64,000 nucleotides of DNA from Ginglymostoma cirratum (lineage: Eukaryota), in NCBI GenBank assembly GCA_024137785.1, contig JAHRHZ010000035.1:15402856-15466855 (forward strand), written 5' to 3'. Position numbers and translations under genes: made by a program. How positions within the stretch are numbered: position 1 is the first letter of the stretch; each line of letters opens with the position of its first letter. Positions 1 to 12,270 of this stretch are shown in pieces. The notes under the pieces were generated by a model that was not told where the DNA came from, did no database searches, and saw nothing but the letters and a program-made list of their open reading frames with translations.

Positions 1-200
1 CATACTGACTTGCCATTCCTTCACTACAATCAGATCAAAATCCTGGAACTTCCTTCCAAATAGTTGAGTGGGTGCTCTTATGCTGTGTTAACTACAGCGG
101 TTCAAGTAAGCAGTTCATCATCACCTTCTGTTGGGGAATTAAGACGTTCAATGAAGGCTGGACTAGTCAGCAAACTCCACATCCCATGAATGAATTAAAA
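1..200 (+). mobile_element. 3' end of a CR1/L2-group LINE (family B)
   Basis: tcaaaatcctggaact...cagcggttcaag...catcccatgaatgaat tail; recurs at about 27830, 53745 and 55320. Confidence 0.7.
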
Positions 201-770
201 ACTCAAGAAAACACAACCAATGGTCATCAGCAAGAAGCTGATAACAATGAACAAAGGGAACAGCGAGACTACTGAACAAGTCAGCGGATTCTGTTCTTTG
301 GATTCAAGGTCTGAGAGTTTAGTAGCCTTTCTTAAGTTTAGATATTTGGAGACATTTTCTAAAATGGGTGATGCTTGGCATTTATGAGAATTGGAATTTC
401 TTTGGCAGCCTGTGTCAACTCAGATCACAGATGCAGAATAATCTTCACTTAATGACTTGCTTCAATTTCAGCTTCAGAAGGATCTGTCATCTTGGACCAT
501 CATGTTTCTACATTTCCTCCATTGTCATCAGTGAACCTCATTCATTAATTTCTAAATTTGGGTAGTATGCTTTTGCACAAAATATGGAAGTGAGACCACC
601 AAATTCCCTTAATCTGGGACTCGAAGAACCATCAGAGACTTTAACCCATTAGTTTACATCCAAAAACACAGCACTATAAACTGGTGCAACACTCAAGCCC
701 AACTTTAATTTAGAGGGAAAATGCAAGCGATTACTGAACACTGAAAGCTATCTTTTACTTTTAGCCTAAC

Positions 771-893
771 CTTGTGATCGGCCAGTGCACCTGCCTTCAA
801 GAGGTACTTTACTGTTTCAAGTTGATTGTTCTCTGCTGCTTCCATCAGTGGGGTCCTCTGATCATCATCACAAGTATCGAGATTAGCACCAGC
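771..893 (-). CDS. EHMT1: EHMT1 exon 16 equivalent, 123 nt, ankyrin repeat: [41 protein letters not shown]
   Basis: Part of ORF 705..944. Acceptor ctctcttgcag, donor AAG|gttagg. The gene continues beyond the window start. Confidence 0.97.
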
Positions 894-1233
894 CTGCAAG
901 AGAGGCCAACTGTCTTTATGATACAAACTGTAACAACATTTCATTCTAAACAGAACTTTCAGTTGTTATCTGGTGAAAACAATAATCAGAATTACAACTA
1001 TGTTATTCAATGGGGCTCATACCTCTCTCACTCAATTTTTTGCAACAATGTATTTTTATATTAAAATAGATGTAAAGAATAAATTAGAACAAAAATCACG
1101 AGATAGACTGCAATGATTCAAGACGAAACATCACCCCCCTCTCATGAGCAAAGTCAGGAAGAACAATAAGTGTGGTCTTTGCCCACAAGGTACATAGTTC
1201 AATATCTTTTAAAAAAAGATGACTTACAACAAG

Positions 1234-1370
1234 CAGAAATTGCTGGAGAAACTCAGCAGGTGAAACAGCATTTGCGGAAAAAAAACAGTTTAACTGCTTT
1301 CTCTCCACATTTGCTGCCATGATTGCTGAGCTTCTCCAGAAATTGTGGGTTTTGTTTCAGATTTCCAGCT
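1234..1370. repeat. Fold-back remnant of Penelope-type terminal repeats (two arms head to head)
   Basis: cagaaattgctggagaaactcagca...cagtt / aactg...tgctgagcttctccagaaattgtg. The right arm resembles 7120-7220. Confidence 0.7.
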
Positions 1371-1533
1371 TTTGTTATGATTTACAACATTATATGCTTG
1401 GCTGCAATGCTGAATTCATATAGTAATGAATCTATGGAGGTGGTTTTTATTGCAGAATTATCTAGGTGGAACACACACAAGATATAATGAAAAGGATAGG
1501 GATTGAGAATTAACAAAATAAAACCGTTTTAAC

Positions 1534-1640
1534 CTGTACGAGCATATGGCAAATTTCCACATGGCCTATCTCAGCAGCTGCATGAAGAGGTGTCCGCTTA
1601 TTCTGGTGCTCAGCTCTAAAGTTAGGATCAATCCCATCAA
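1534..1640 (-). CDS. EHMT1: EHMT1 exon 15 equivalent, 107 nt, ankyrin repeat: [36 protein letters not shown]
   Basis: Hand-translated. TPLHAAA ankyrin consensus. Acceptor ttttctctag, donor CAG|gttaaa. Confidence 0.96.
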
Positions 1641-1924
1641 CTAGAGAAAAGATGATCGGAAAAAAATGAGCACTCAGACAAATTTCTGTGTTCCTATGGT
1701 CTTAATTTAAGGCCATTTATAGATCAGTACATTACAAAAGTAAAGATATCAAAGCGATTGCTATTTCCACCTATAAGTTAGAGATGCAAGAAAAAAAATG
1801 CAGGAAGGTGGCTTTTCAGCCGATAAATCCCACTCCTTCAGCGCTGATTGAAGAGTCTTGAGCACATTCTCTTTTTAAATGTGTTTCATTTTTATATCCC
1901 AAATTTAGCTATATTAAAACTTAC

Positions 1925-2007
1925 CCAACATTAAAAGCACTTTCTGCATCTCTCCTTGCTTAGCAGATATATATAACTGCTTTGGGTGAAAACGCAGCTT
2001 CTTGGGT
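1925..2007 (-). CDS. EHMT1: EHMT1 exon 14 equivalent, 83 nt: [27 protein letters not shown](V), start of ankyrin repeats
   Basis: Hand-translated. Near-identical to [31 protein letters not shown]. Acceptor tttcatatag, donor G|gtaagt. Confidence 0.96.
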
Positions 2008-4011
2008 CTATATGAAAAAAAATAAATTTCATTAAAAAAGTGCAGGACCATCAGGAATATGGACAGCACAGCATTCAATACTGTGAAAATCCAACATGCA
2101 CTCGCAGAGCAGAAGATACATTTTGGCCCAAACTTCCCAAAGCTGAGCTCCCAATCTTAAGCGTAATCAAAGTAAATACAGAAATATCAAGGAGAATTCA
2201 GAATCCATTCCCAGTCTGTTGCTTTATTCATAAACTTTTGCTATCCAACTTTCAATCAGCTCCACAAGCAAGAGTTGACAGACTATTCACCCCTGAGGAA
2301 ATTGTGACTAACAATGATCCAATTTCTCACCATATTGTCGTGCATCGACCAAACAGGAAACCACAGATAAAAGACATTTTCATTTACTTTTCCTAGGTCA
2401 GTGACATCCTAAATGCCAGCATTCCAATCATATTAATAAACTCAATAGAGACATGAAATCAAACTCACAGGCTTTCCTGCAAGCTTAGTGCCATGTTGGG
2501 AACTTTTGTTCACTAAGCTAACAAAGGATGGTTCAAAATGTTAGGCTAGTAACATACTGGAAGAAGTCTGTATTTTGCAGAATACGATGACCAAAACCTT
2601 CAAGTCAACAACATTGCCACGGCACATGATAAAGTGCACTCTCAATCCTTCCACAAAACGTTTAGGGACTTCTTGACCCAGCCAACTGCACTACTATTCT
2701 TGAAGACAATTATGAGGGATGGTAATAAGATCCACAATCGCCAAGACCTTTTATATCCCTTTTGTCAGCTCCACAAAGCATGTTGCATAAGGTCCAGCAG
2801 GCTTGTAGAATAATGGAGAGGTTTTAAAGTCCTCAACTACACATTTTTAACTATTTTTAATCTTTCAAAACCTTTTAGTAGTTCTTACGAGTTTGTATAA
2901 CCTTTAAGTAAATGTGCAATGTCTTGTCCTGAATTTAAAAAATGTATTTCAAGTTAAATAAATGGTAAAGTGTATTAGACTCCTACTTGCATTTTTAAAT
3001 TATTTATCTGCACAATGGACTGAAACTGGACAGCAGCTGTTTCTACATGCATTAGGTCTCAGACAGCACTGATTTTTTTTGGTATTATTGAAGAGATGAA
3101 GGGTGCACAGGGGCTAATTATGTGGGATTGTGGGTCGGGATTGCTTCAGAGAGTGGCAAGGGGAGGTATGGGTGTGACTGGGTGGCGTGGAGAGTGGGTG
3201 CTGGGTCAAGGGTTAAGTTGGGGGAAATATGAGTTGAAGAATGTGTGAAGGTTTATTAATTGTTCAACAAATCTACTTTGAAATGCATTTTGAATCCTTA
3301 CCAATATTGCTCTGCTATTAATCACTCTCAGGTCCTAATACCTATGAATAACACCATGAAATCCTTAGGTAAATTTCTGGGCAAGTTGAAAGCATTTATT
3401 TCAGGAATACAAGAGCAGGATAAGTGTTAGACAAAGCCATAAAGAGGTCTAAGCTTCGCAGTTTTGCCCATCAGAAGTCAAAATCTCAGCTAAGTACTGC
3501 ACAACTTTGAGGGTGCCATTGCAGAACAGTGCTGAATATCTCAAAGTTTGCTACAATATTAATCCTAATGTCTGGGTCAGTGCAACCTAACTTGAGAAAT
3601 TCAGGACTATTTTTGCATTTATAGATTTTTAAAATAATAAACAAAAAAAATGGAAGCCAAGCAATTGATACTTGTTGAAACAAATTAAAGGAACTCATCA
3701 GTCACCCTCGACTTGCAGATTCCAGCTACGCCAAAAGGAACAGGAACATGAAAGTGAGGGATAGACATGGGAGAGGACTACCTCATGTCAACCTGCGAAT
3801 TCTTAGAAATTCACTTTGTCTGGACAAAGCCCTGCCTGAAGGAATGAAGTCCACAGAAGTTTTAACAGAAAAAAAATTATATTAACTTCACATCAGAATC
3901 TTTGGAGTTAACTTTTTTCAAATCTAGATTTTTACTATTAAAATGGTTCAAAAAGAAATGGCTCTTGATTAATCCTTAATCTGTTGTAAACATTTACTTT
4001 TTAATGCTTAC

Positions 4012-4200
4012 CTCTCTGTATCAAGTGCAATAAGAATGCTTTCCATAGTCTCTTTCCCAGGGCCAGCTGGCAGTCCTGTAGTTGACATGGCTACTCCCGT
4101 TTTCAACGTAGTGGAAAGGCTACAGGTATCTGAACTATCAGCTACTTTGGAGATAGCACTCTCAGGCTTGCTTTCCATGGACATTCTTATCCGAGCACTG
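4012..4200 (-). CDS. EHMT1: EHMT1 exon 13 equivalent, 189 nt (186 with the alternative acceptor): ...GLPAGPGKETMESILIALDTE(R)
   Basis: Hand-translated. Matches GLP GPGKETLESALIALDSE. Acceptor tttttgtagCAG, donor AG|gtaagc, phase 2-2. Confidence 0.92.
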
Positions 4201-4914
4201 CTACAAAAATTGTTTGAAAATTACATAAGCTGACCAAAGTTAATTCAGGTTCCAAAGATGATCATTCACTCATTAACCGACGCCACGACCATTTAAGTTA
4301 TGAATGTACTTAAAGTTAAACTGAACTAATCAGCTTATTCACAAAAAAAATTACATTTATGAATATCCCTCATCATTACAAACAGAATTCTGAGGAGAAA
4401 CTTGATTTCTTTATTAAGTAAAGTATTTTTTGTTATAGGCCTATCGACTAATTTTCAAGACCACCAAATACTCATCATTCTCTCACTATTACTTCAAGAA
4501 AGTGACAAATCGAGTACAGCAAAACTAACTATGCATTACAAGAAACAAGGCTCTCATCAAAACCTTGAAGTAGGAAGCCAAGTAAACTACTGATAAAAGC
4601 AAGAAATTGATTAATTGAAAATTAACAGAATATCTAAGATACAGAAGGCAAAATAACTAAAATTAATGTATCTTAAGAGAAAGGCAAACCTAAACACCTC
4701 TCGGGTGCATAATACAACAGCACATAAAAATGGAAGTAAGTTGCTAAGATTAAGTCGTGCCAATAATCTGATTCCCCAAATTATATTTCTTGCAAATAAT
4801 GAGTGAATGGTATGCACATTGGTTTTATCCTCTCTCCAGGAATTATGCAAGAACAAAATTTTGGATATAAACATGCTCCTCAGTAACATACAAGAGTCAA
4901 TAATCTACATATAG

Positions 4915-6062
4915 ATGTAGAAATATAGAAAATAGGAGCAGGAGCAGGAGCAGGCCATGTGGCTCCTTTGCCATTCAACATTATCATGGCTGATCCTCAG
5001 TGTCACACTCACATTCTCTTCTCATACTGCTTAACACTTCAGCTTCTAGAAATCTACTTTATTCATTAATATATTCAGAGATTTTGCCTCCACATCCTTC
5101 TGTGGTAGAGAACTCCACAGGTTCACCATCCCGAGTGAACAAATTTCCCATCTCAGTCCAAAATAGTATGTGCATATTCTGAGACCACAACACCTTGTTC
5201 GAGATTCCCACCCCCAACCCCTGGCCAAGGGAAACATGTCCTGCATTCAGTCTTTCTAGACCTGTCAAAATTTTATAGGTTTCAATGAGATCCCTTTTCA
5301 TTCTTGTAAATTCTAGTAAATACAAGCTTAGTCAATCCTCTTGGTACAGACCTGCCACCCCAGCCAGGTGATTCTTTGCTGTACTCCCTCTATGACAAGA
5401 ACATCTTCTATTAGGTAAGGAGACCAAAACTGCACAGAATACTTGGTCATCTCACCAAGAACCTGTACATATGTAGGAAGCCTTCCTCGCTCCTGCACTC
5501 AACCCATGATGCAATGAAGGCCAACGTAGCTGCAACTGCATGCTGGCTTTCATTGACTGGTGTACAGGACACCTAGGACCTTTCGGTACATCAGTATTTC
5601 CAAATCTATCACTATTTAAAATAATACTTTGCTACACTGCGTTTCTGACTGAAGTGGACAACTTCACATTTATCCAAGTTAGAGTGCATCAGCCATTCAT
5701 TTGTCCACTCACTCAATTTACATAAATTGCCTTTAAGCCTCTACGTCTTCCTCACCATTCAAACACCCACTAAAAATGACCCATTTATATATAGATCTAT
5801 ACCAGTATATTATCACTAGGATTTTGAGTTATAAACTTTTCAATGGGATCTTAACCAAAGCTTTCTGAAAATATGTAACATCCACTGGTTCTCCCTCATT
5901 TATTATACTAGTTATGCTCTCAAAGATCTCCAGCAGGTTTGTCAAAAACTGTATTTTTCTTCAAAAAGTCCATGCTGATTTTGTGTAAGCCCTTTGGTAT
6001 TTCCTAAATGACCTGTTATCACATCCTTTATAACAGACTCCAGCAATTTCCCTACTAATGAT
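4915..6062 (-). mobile_element. CR1 (HER1-like) LINE, decayed 3' part
   Basis: Minus-strand MKRDLIETYKILTGLERL (CR1 ORF2 C-terminus); tail atagaaaataggagcaggag. Confidence 0.85.
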
Positions 6063-6332
6063 AGTTGGTTATGAAGGCAAAAGTTAAAAAGAACACACTG
6101 TAGAGTTATCAAGATTTTTCAAGCAAAAGAAGTTTCTGTTCCAAATATTATTCAAATATTATCCAAATATTCCAAATAAATTCCAAATACAGTTAAACTC
6201 AAATTCTAGAATGTTTGAAAAATAAAGAACAACAATATTCACCAAGCTTTTCTCAACATCATCTAAATATGCAAGATACAAAATAGAGTCCAAATGCTTG
6301 CAATTCATCCAGTCAGAACAAAGGTGGCCTAC

Positions 6333-6556
6333 CTTGCTGTAGTAGTGTCTGCTTTTCCATTCACAGCAACAATCTTCTCCTGTGCTGGGAGAGGTACCAT
6401 AGAGGTAGTGTCTGCTTTTGCAATGGTAACTTCTTTTGCTTGAATAGTATCTTCACCACAATGTGGGCAGAAAGACAATCCATTCATATGAGATGCACAA
6501 TTCTTGTGAAAACGGTGTGAGATGGTACTATCAGGCTGGCATTCCATGAAGGTCCC
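6333..6556 (-). CDS. EHMT1: EHMT1 exon 12 equivalent, 224 nt: GTFMECQP...HRFHKNC...CPHCGE...[12 protein letters not shown]...
   Basis: Part of ORF 6329..6571. Acceptor tgttccag, donor AG|gtaggc, phase 0-2. Confidence 0.96.
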
Positions 6557-6597
6557 CTGGAACAACCACAAAATTAATACATGAATTAATACGTCGA

Positions 6598-7220
6598 CTA
6601 GGTGACCGCTTTGCAGAACATCTATGTTCTGCTCGCAAAAAAGACCCTGAACTACCTGTTGCCTGCCACTTCAATGCACCACCTTGCTCCCTGGCCAACA
6701 TCTCTGTCTCTGGCTTGCTACAGTGTTCCGGTGAAGCCCAACGCAAGCTGGAGGAACAACACCTATTTTCCGCTTGAGGACCCTACAAGCCCTCCGGTCT
6801 CAATATTGAGTTCAATAATTTTAGGGCCTAAACTCTCCCATGGCCCAGTCCCCCACCCCACACACCAGGCCTTGTTACCACACAGCCTGCCATTACACAC
6901 CTCCTGTTGTTAGTCACTAACAGTCCCCGTTAACAACTACTCACCCTCCCAGCCTGATCGTTAGCAACTCCTTTGTCTGTCCAACTGTCTTTCTCTCTCT
7001 TTGGGCTCTATCCTATCGTTTACTCCCTACACTACCCACCTCCCTATTTTCTGCATATAAACTGACGTTCTCCCAGCCACCATCAGTTCTGAGGAAGGGT
7101 CACCGGACCTGAAACGTTAACTCTGTTTTCTCCTTCACAGATGCGGCCAGACCTGCTGACCTTTTCCAGCAAATTTGTTTTTGTTCTTGATTTACAGCAT
7201 CCGCAGTTCTTTTGGCTTTT
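6598..7220 (+). mobile_element. Penelope-like retroelement 3' fragment (GIY-YIG endonuclease C-terminus plus terminal repeat)
   Basis: Hand-translated [26 protein letters not shown]...QRKLEEQHL..(frameshift)..PSGLNIEFNNFR, followed by the ctgaggaagggtc...gaaacgttaactctg repeat. Confidence 0.85.
7084..7125 (+). ncRNA. Minimal type I hammerhead ribozyme motif of the Penelope element
   Basis: AGUU-CUGAGGA-A-GGGUC(ACCG)GACCU-GAAA-C-GUU^AACU: core boxes, stem II, stem I (AGUU/AACU) and a loopless palindromic stem III. Confidence 0.6.
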
Positions 7221-9697
7221 ACAAAATTAACACGCCGGTCATAAGTAACAAGCAATTAAAGTCAATTTTTTCACACTATTTTCATCATTCACGATGCAAA
7301 ATGAATGAATTAGCTGACAGTGATAGGCTTAGACTTCTATTTAAATGACAAAAACTGGCTATCAATTTTAAATTTTCATATCTTCCCAGCATAAGAGAGA
7401 CAACTTTCCCTAGTGCCTCAACTAGCTTCAACTAAAGCAGACAACTGATTAGACATGAACTCTCAGTTTTGAAATCAAGTTGCCCCAGTGTTATTAAAAC
7501 ATCAGCTTGACGCATTCTGCTGCATTGTTGGAGGATCATCCTGTTAGTTTAAAATAAAATCAAAATTGAATTATTTGTTTAAATCGAAATACTGTAAACT
7601 AGTCAAAAAACATAAGACGCGTTCAGTGTAGCAATAAACGTATCCCTTCACACCTTTTATGAAAGGATGTGCTCTCAGTCTGGTTGAGATTGTAACCATC
7701 CCACTCATCTTTATTTTCAGGTAAATTAATACAATGCGCATTTTATGAGAAAGAGGATTCAAAATTCTTCCAACCTGGCCTAACTGCACTGATGTACTTG
7801 CTTCTGATCACTTTTAGGCAAGCAATGAGTAGCACTTCCTCCTCTCTCATTCTACTCAAAATGTGAAGGAATTTAATTCCTAACAACATATCTAAAGAAA
7901 ATAATCCATAATTAATTTAAATATGGTGTATAAAATAGATCTAACTTTTAAGTGCAAATACTAGCTTTGCTATTTCTGCCATTGTGCACCCTCAACTTCA
8001 CTTTTATACCTTTATGCTATCTGGTCGACAATTCTAAAACTCCCAAAACATAAGAAGGATCCTCAAGCTGCTTGGTGATTGAGTACAGTGTTCAAAAATG
8101 CAGAAGTTCTTTGTTTCTCAATTTGTGAGGGATATAAAATGCTCTCATTATTGCCTGAAAAAAAAACCTCAAGTTTTACACACTTTCTGATTATGAATTA
8201 AGAACCTACATTATCACAGTGACCTTTTGGATTACAAGTTAACCTGAAATTGAAAACAGATTAATTATATCACATATATTACAAATACTTCTGCATCTTT
8301 GCTCTATATTAAACACCAGTGGAATCTTATTAGGGGTCGAAACAATGTGCGCCTTGGTGAAAAATGCAGCACAGTTATGTGAGGGGTGTAGTGAGCCTAT
8401 CTCAATGTCAGAAACAACTCTATATTCCTTGTTGCAGGCATTAAGGTGAGATTTGCGCTAGGCAGCAAGTAGCCTATTTACTGGGAATTTTGCTTGTTCT
8501 CAAGTTTATTAATTGCAGTTCTTGTTTCACTAATATGCAGCTTTCTATCATACCACAGCAAATAAACTGGATATCAAGAATTTTCAATATTCAGCTCAGA
8601 ACTGGTACCTGATGACTTCAGCTTGCTACTTTACTCCAAAGGACCTCCATGCTAGACATGAGACACTAACATCTCAGGACAAGCTCCACAGGTGCTGACC
8701 ACATATCCCGCGCCCATGGATATTGGTATACAATATGAGCCAGCCTCCAAGAAACAGAATGGCACATCCTGACCCATTTACAACACAATTCTGCACTTTA
8801 ATGCTACACCTAGGGGCATGGCGGCAACTACCGCAACAGTTTGTGCTCAGGGACGTGCACACAGTTCATGGACTGACCTGGCAGCATCTTCAAGCTGCTC
8901 GCTTCCTCTTAGTGTTCACCAATTTTGAGCCTATCTGGACGCTCAGTGTAACCCTGCTTGCGTTGTGTTTTTGCAGCTTGCCCTTCAGCCAGAAATTCTA
9001 GACTTACGGTACTGGTGTATGTTCTGCCATTTAGCACAGCTTGTCATGCTGTCAGCAATGTTACTCTAAGCTGCTTGGCCGCACAACTGCTCAGACAGTC
9101 CACACACGCCACTTGTAGTATGGACACACTGACTTCTGGTTATACAAGCTACCACCAGAGGTGGACCTCAGAAATTCTTGCAATGCAATAAAAATAGAGG
9201 GAACACAGGTTGTCAGTAGTCCTCAGTCAAATCAAGGGAGATAGCCTTCAGTCAGGGGGTCCCAGCACAATAAGTCAAGGGCCGCACCCAAAACCAGCCC
9301 AGGGCCTAGATGTGGTCAGTCAGGTGCTAGGGACAGTCAGAGTCAGGATCTGCAACTCATAATGGATGATGATTCAAATATCAGGCATGCCACTATCTGC
9401 CTTGACTCTGCTGCCTTAATCTGGGTTGTTTTCCTCCTCGAATGAGACAGGCAGATATTAAGGCAGATGCAAGTGGATGGTACAGCTGTTACTTTTGGTG
9501 TAGGTGGAGAAGTGTCTCAAGCAAGTAAGGAGCGCAGAAAGCTCGTAGGATTAGTGGTGTCAGGGGCTGAATGGGTAAGCACAAGTGAAGATGTAGCAAG
9601 CAATAGTGAGATTGGTACATCAGGAGTCTCAGTGTAAAACCGGTATATTAGCAGAGATACATTGAGAGAGACAGAGATGTCGGAATAAGATGGTGGC

Positions 9698-9920
9698 ACT
9701 TACATTGGACAACTGAAGTTGTTCATTACTTTCTTCCTACAATACTCTGGATTCCTCCAGAAGTCAGACTGCACTAACCCAAGCGACAATCTCAAACTAG
9801 GCTGGCAAGGTCTGGTCTTCTGGCCTTCACTGCTGGTTCCCACCTCTGCAGCACCCTACCCAGAAGGACATCCAGGTCCGTGTCTGGAAAATGGGGTGCC
9901 AAGTTTCTCTTCTCAGCCAT
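9698..9920 (-). mobile_element. Decayed Myb/SANT-like gene exon of a PIF/Harbinger transposon (element may extend to about 8400)
   Basis: Hand-translated MAEKRNLAPHFPDTDLDVLLGRVLQRWE...PA*FEIVAWVSAV...RNPEYCRKKV with frameshifts and stops, ending at a gtaagt donor. Confidence 0.65.
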
Positions 9921-10291
9921 ATCCAGGATAAATATCAAGAAACTTGCAGGGCAGAATCAAACTAACAATGCGTGATTAGGTGAACAACTGTCTTTTGAAG
10001 ATGGCACTGACACCAGGGATACCAGTCCATTCCAGGATATCCCAACTGTGGCAAAGTTGTTCCAGATACAGAGAGCAGTAGAATCAGAGGAGGGGCACCG
10101 GAGGGGCAGGGTAAGTAGTTACGAACAAAATTTGTTAAAGTGTGGCAAGAAAACCCACTTGGCCTCATGGAGAGAAACCCTCCACAAAACACAGATTCAG
10201 CACATCATTTTAGTTTTACAATCAAAATCATGTGATAAATATTTGGCATCTTGATATTTGTATTTATCTACAAGGAATGCTCCACACTTAC

Positions 10292-10435
10292 AGCAGTGCA
10301 GAAGTATCCACAGCCTGGGCAACACTGATGTTTAACCATCCGGGATCTGTGGTCCTCACACAATACCATTAGCTGCACCTTATTGGAGGGTCGCATCATC
10401 TCTTCTTTGATTACACTGTTAATACAGCTACTTAG
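10292..10435 (-). CDS. EHMT1: EHMT1 exon 11 equivalent, 144 nt: ...[34 protein letters not shown]
   Basis: Part of ORF 10268..10456. Diagnostic GLP/G9a Cys-rich motif. Acceptor tttctttcag, donor GCT|gtaagt. Confidence 0.97.
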
Positions 10436-10554
10436 CTGAAAGAAATATTTAGTCAAATTAGAGCTCTTGTTTTATACATTTTAGACATCCATGAACTAGG
10501 TTTTATCATCACCAAATTTTTACCACAGCTTAACTGTGATTTGTACATACACTG

Positions 10555-10915
10555 CCTTCCTTCTATCAAGTGAGAGTCCTAACCCTCTGCTTTCTGTCAG
10601 TCAGCCAGTCCTCCATCCAAGCCAATACACTACCCTTAACCCTCTGGATCAGTCTTTTATGCAACAACTTGTCAAATGCCTTCTGGAAGTCTAGATATAC
10701 CACATCCACTGGATGCCCATTATCCATCTTCATGGTTACATCCTCAAAAGAACTCCAACAAATTCGTCAGGCATGACTTCTCTTTGTGAAACTGTGCTGA
10801 CACTGGTGAATTGAGCTTTACTTTTCTAAGTGTTTAGTTATTTCCTCTTTTATGATCAATTCCAGAAACCTCCCCACTAGAAGTCAAACTAACTGGTCTT
10901 TAGTTCTACAGTTTT
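10555..10915 (-). mobile_element. CR1 LINE reverse-transcriptase fragment
   Basis: ttgtcaaatgccttctggaagtctagatatacc is the antisense of VYLDFQKAFDK. Confidence 0.8.
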
Positions 10916-11874
10916 TTGCCTATGTCATAAACCACCAAAGACAGGCAAATCCATAAGTCAAATTTTTAATTCTCTGATAAATGTTAATTATTAAGTGAAA
11001 AGTACAAATAGTCAAGACATTCTCTGCATGCCAAAAGTAACAAAACAGAAATCCTATTTATGAACACAGTAAATAGTCCCTTCAGTTATTTTACCATTAT
11101 GTTGCTTAAAAACAGGTCATTTTTGCTGGAGACACACTTCATAGAAAGTTTCTTTCTGTAAATAAATGCCTGTAGGTAAAAGCAGATGAGGCTTCAATAT
11201 TTTCCCAATTGAGTTTTGACAAAATGCACTGAATTTGTAAGCTAGTTCAACTCAAGTTAAATTAAAATATTTAAGATGTCATATTAAAGTTCACTGCCCT
11301 TTGAGACTCAACGTTTAAAGGGGTTCAATCCAACAAACCATTTAGATAGGCAGGCTTTAGAATGACTGAAAGAGAGGCACATGGAATTGATTGAAAATGT
11401 ACCCAAACATCATCAAACTTGCTGTAATGTGGTGCACGTTCGTGTTTACACAGACTACACGTGTAGGGAACCTTCCAAAGAACATACTGCAGCAAATAGT
11501 CATTAAAAAAAAACAAGTCTTCACATTAGGAGGATACGCAGATGTCAAAGATATAGCACCATATTTTGCACATCAATAACCAATATACAACCACACATTT
11601 CCTTTGATTAAATTTAAACCTTAAATGAAGCTCCAGAAATATGACCAAGTAACATAAATACTTATTTCTGTCAGGATACATTTAATTATTTTTGTAAACT
11701 GTTACATCTACTGTTTTTATTTCCATTTGTCTGCTTATTTAGCATGGGGAGGTGTACTGTAGTCAACAGTTACATTTGAACGTAATTCAGACATTTTGAG
11801 AATAACAAATCGAACAGCCAGCATATGTCCACCCAGGAGATCGTTTTCTCAAATTTGCGCCAAGTGCTTCTTAC

Positions 11875-12020
11875 CTCTTCGTCTATATTCTCAGTGGCCA
11901 TACACTTATTGTTGGCCAGTTTAACAATCTCTTGGCTTTTTGGTGTTTCCATCCGACAACTGCAAAGAGGTAACTCCTGTAGCTTATCTAGTTCCACTGA
12001 GTCAGAGCTTTGGGAAATGC
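11875..12020 (-). CDS. EHMT1: EHMT1 exon 10 equivalent, 146 nt, start of Cys-rich zinc-binding region: [16 protein letters not shown]...KCMATE
   Basis: Part of ORF 11770..11997. Acceptor ttcttcgcag, donor GAG|gtaaga. Confidence 0.96.
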
Positions 12021-12270
12021 CTGCGAAGAATTACAATATCAAAACAGTTCATACCAACCATTTTCTCGTTTAAGAATACAGAAACAAACACTGTTGTAAA
12101 CATTTATGCAAACTATGTAAAATGTTATTAGATTAAAGTCTCCAATGTATATTTTCCAAATGCTTCCATCTGCCAAATTAATTTCTATATTCTAAATGTA
12201 CACTAATAAATAATTCCAACTTTAAAAAAACTTTTTAACAACACCTTGAAAATCTACAAAGCAACTTTAC

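Noticed and set aside
2040-2396. 118-aa plus-strand ORF
   Set aside because: GTG start, no recognisable domain or splice structure; chance ORF in intron 13.
6139-6190. Short degenerate ccaaatatt tandem repeats
   Set aside because: Low-complexity, with no unique spacers; not a CRISPR-like array.
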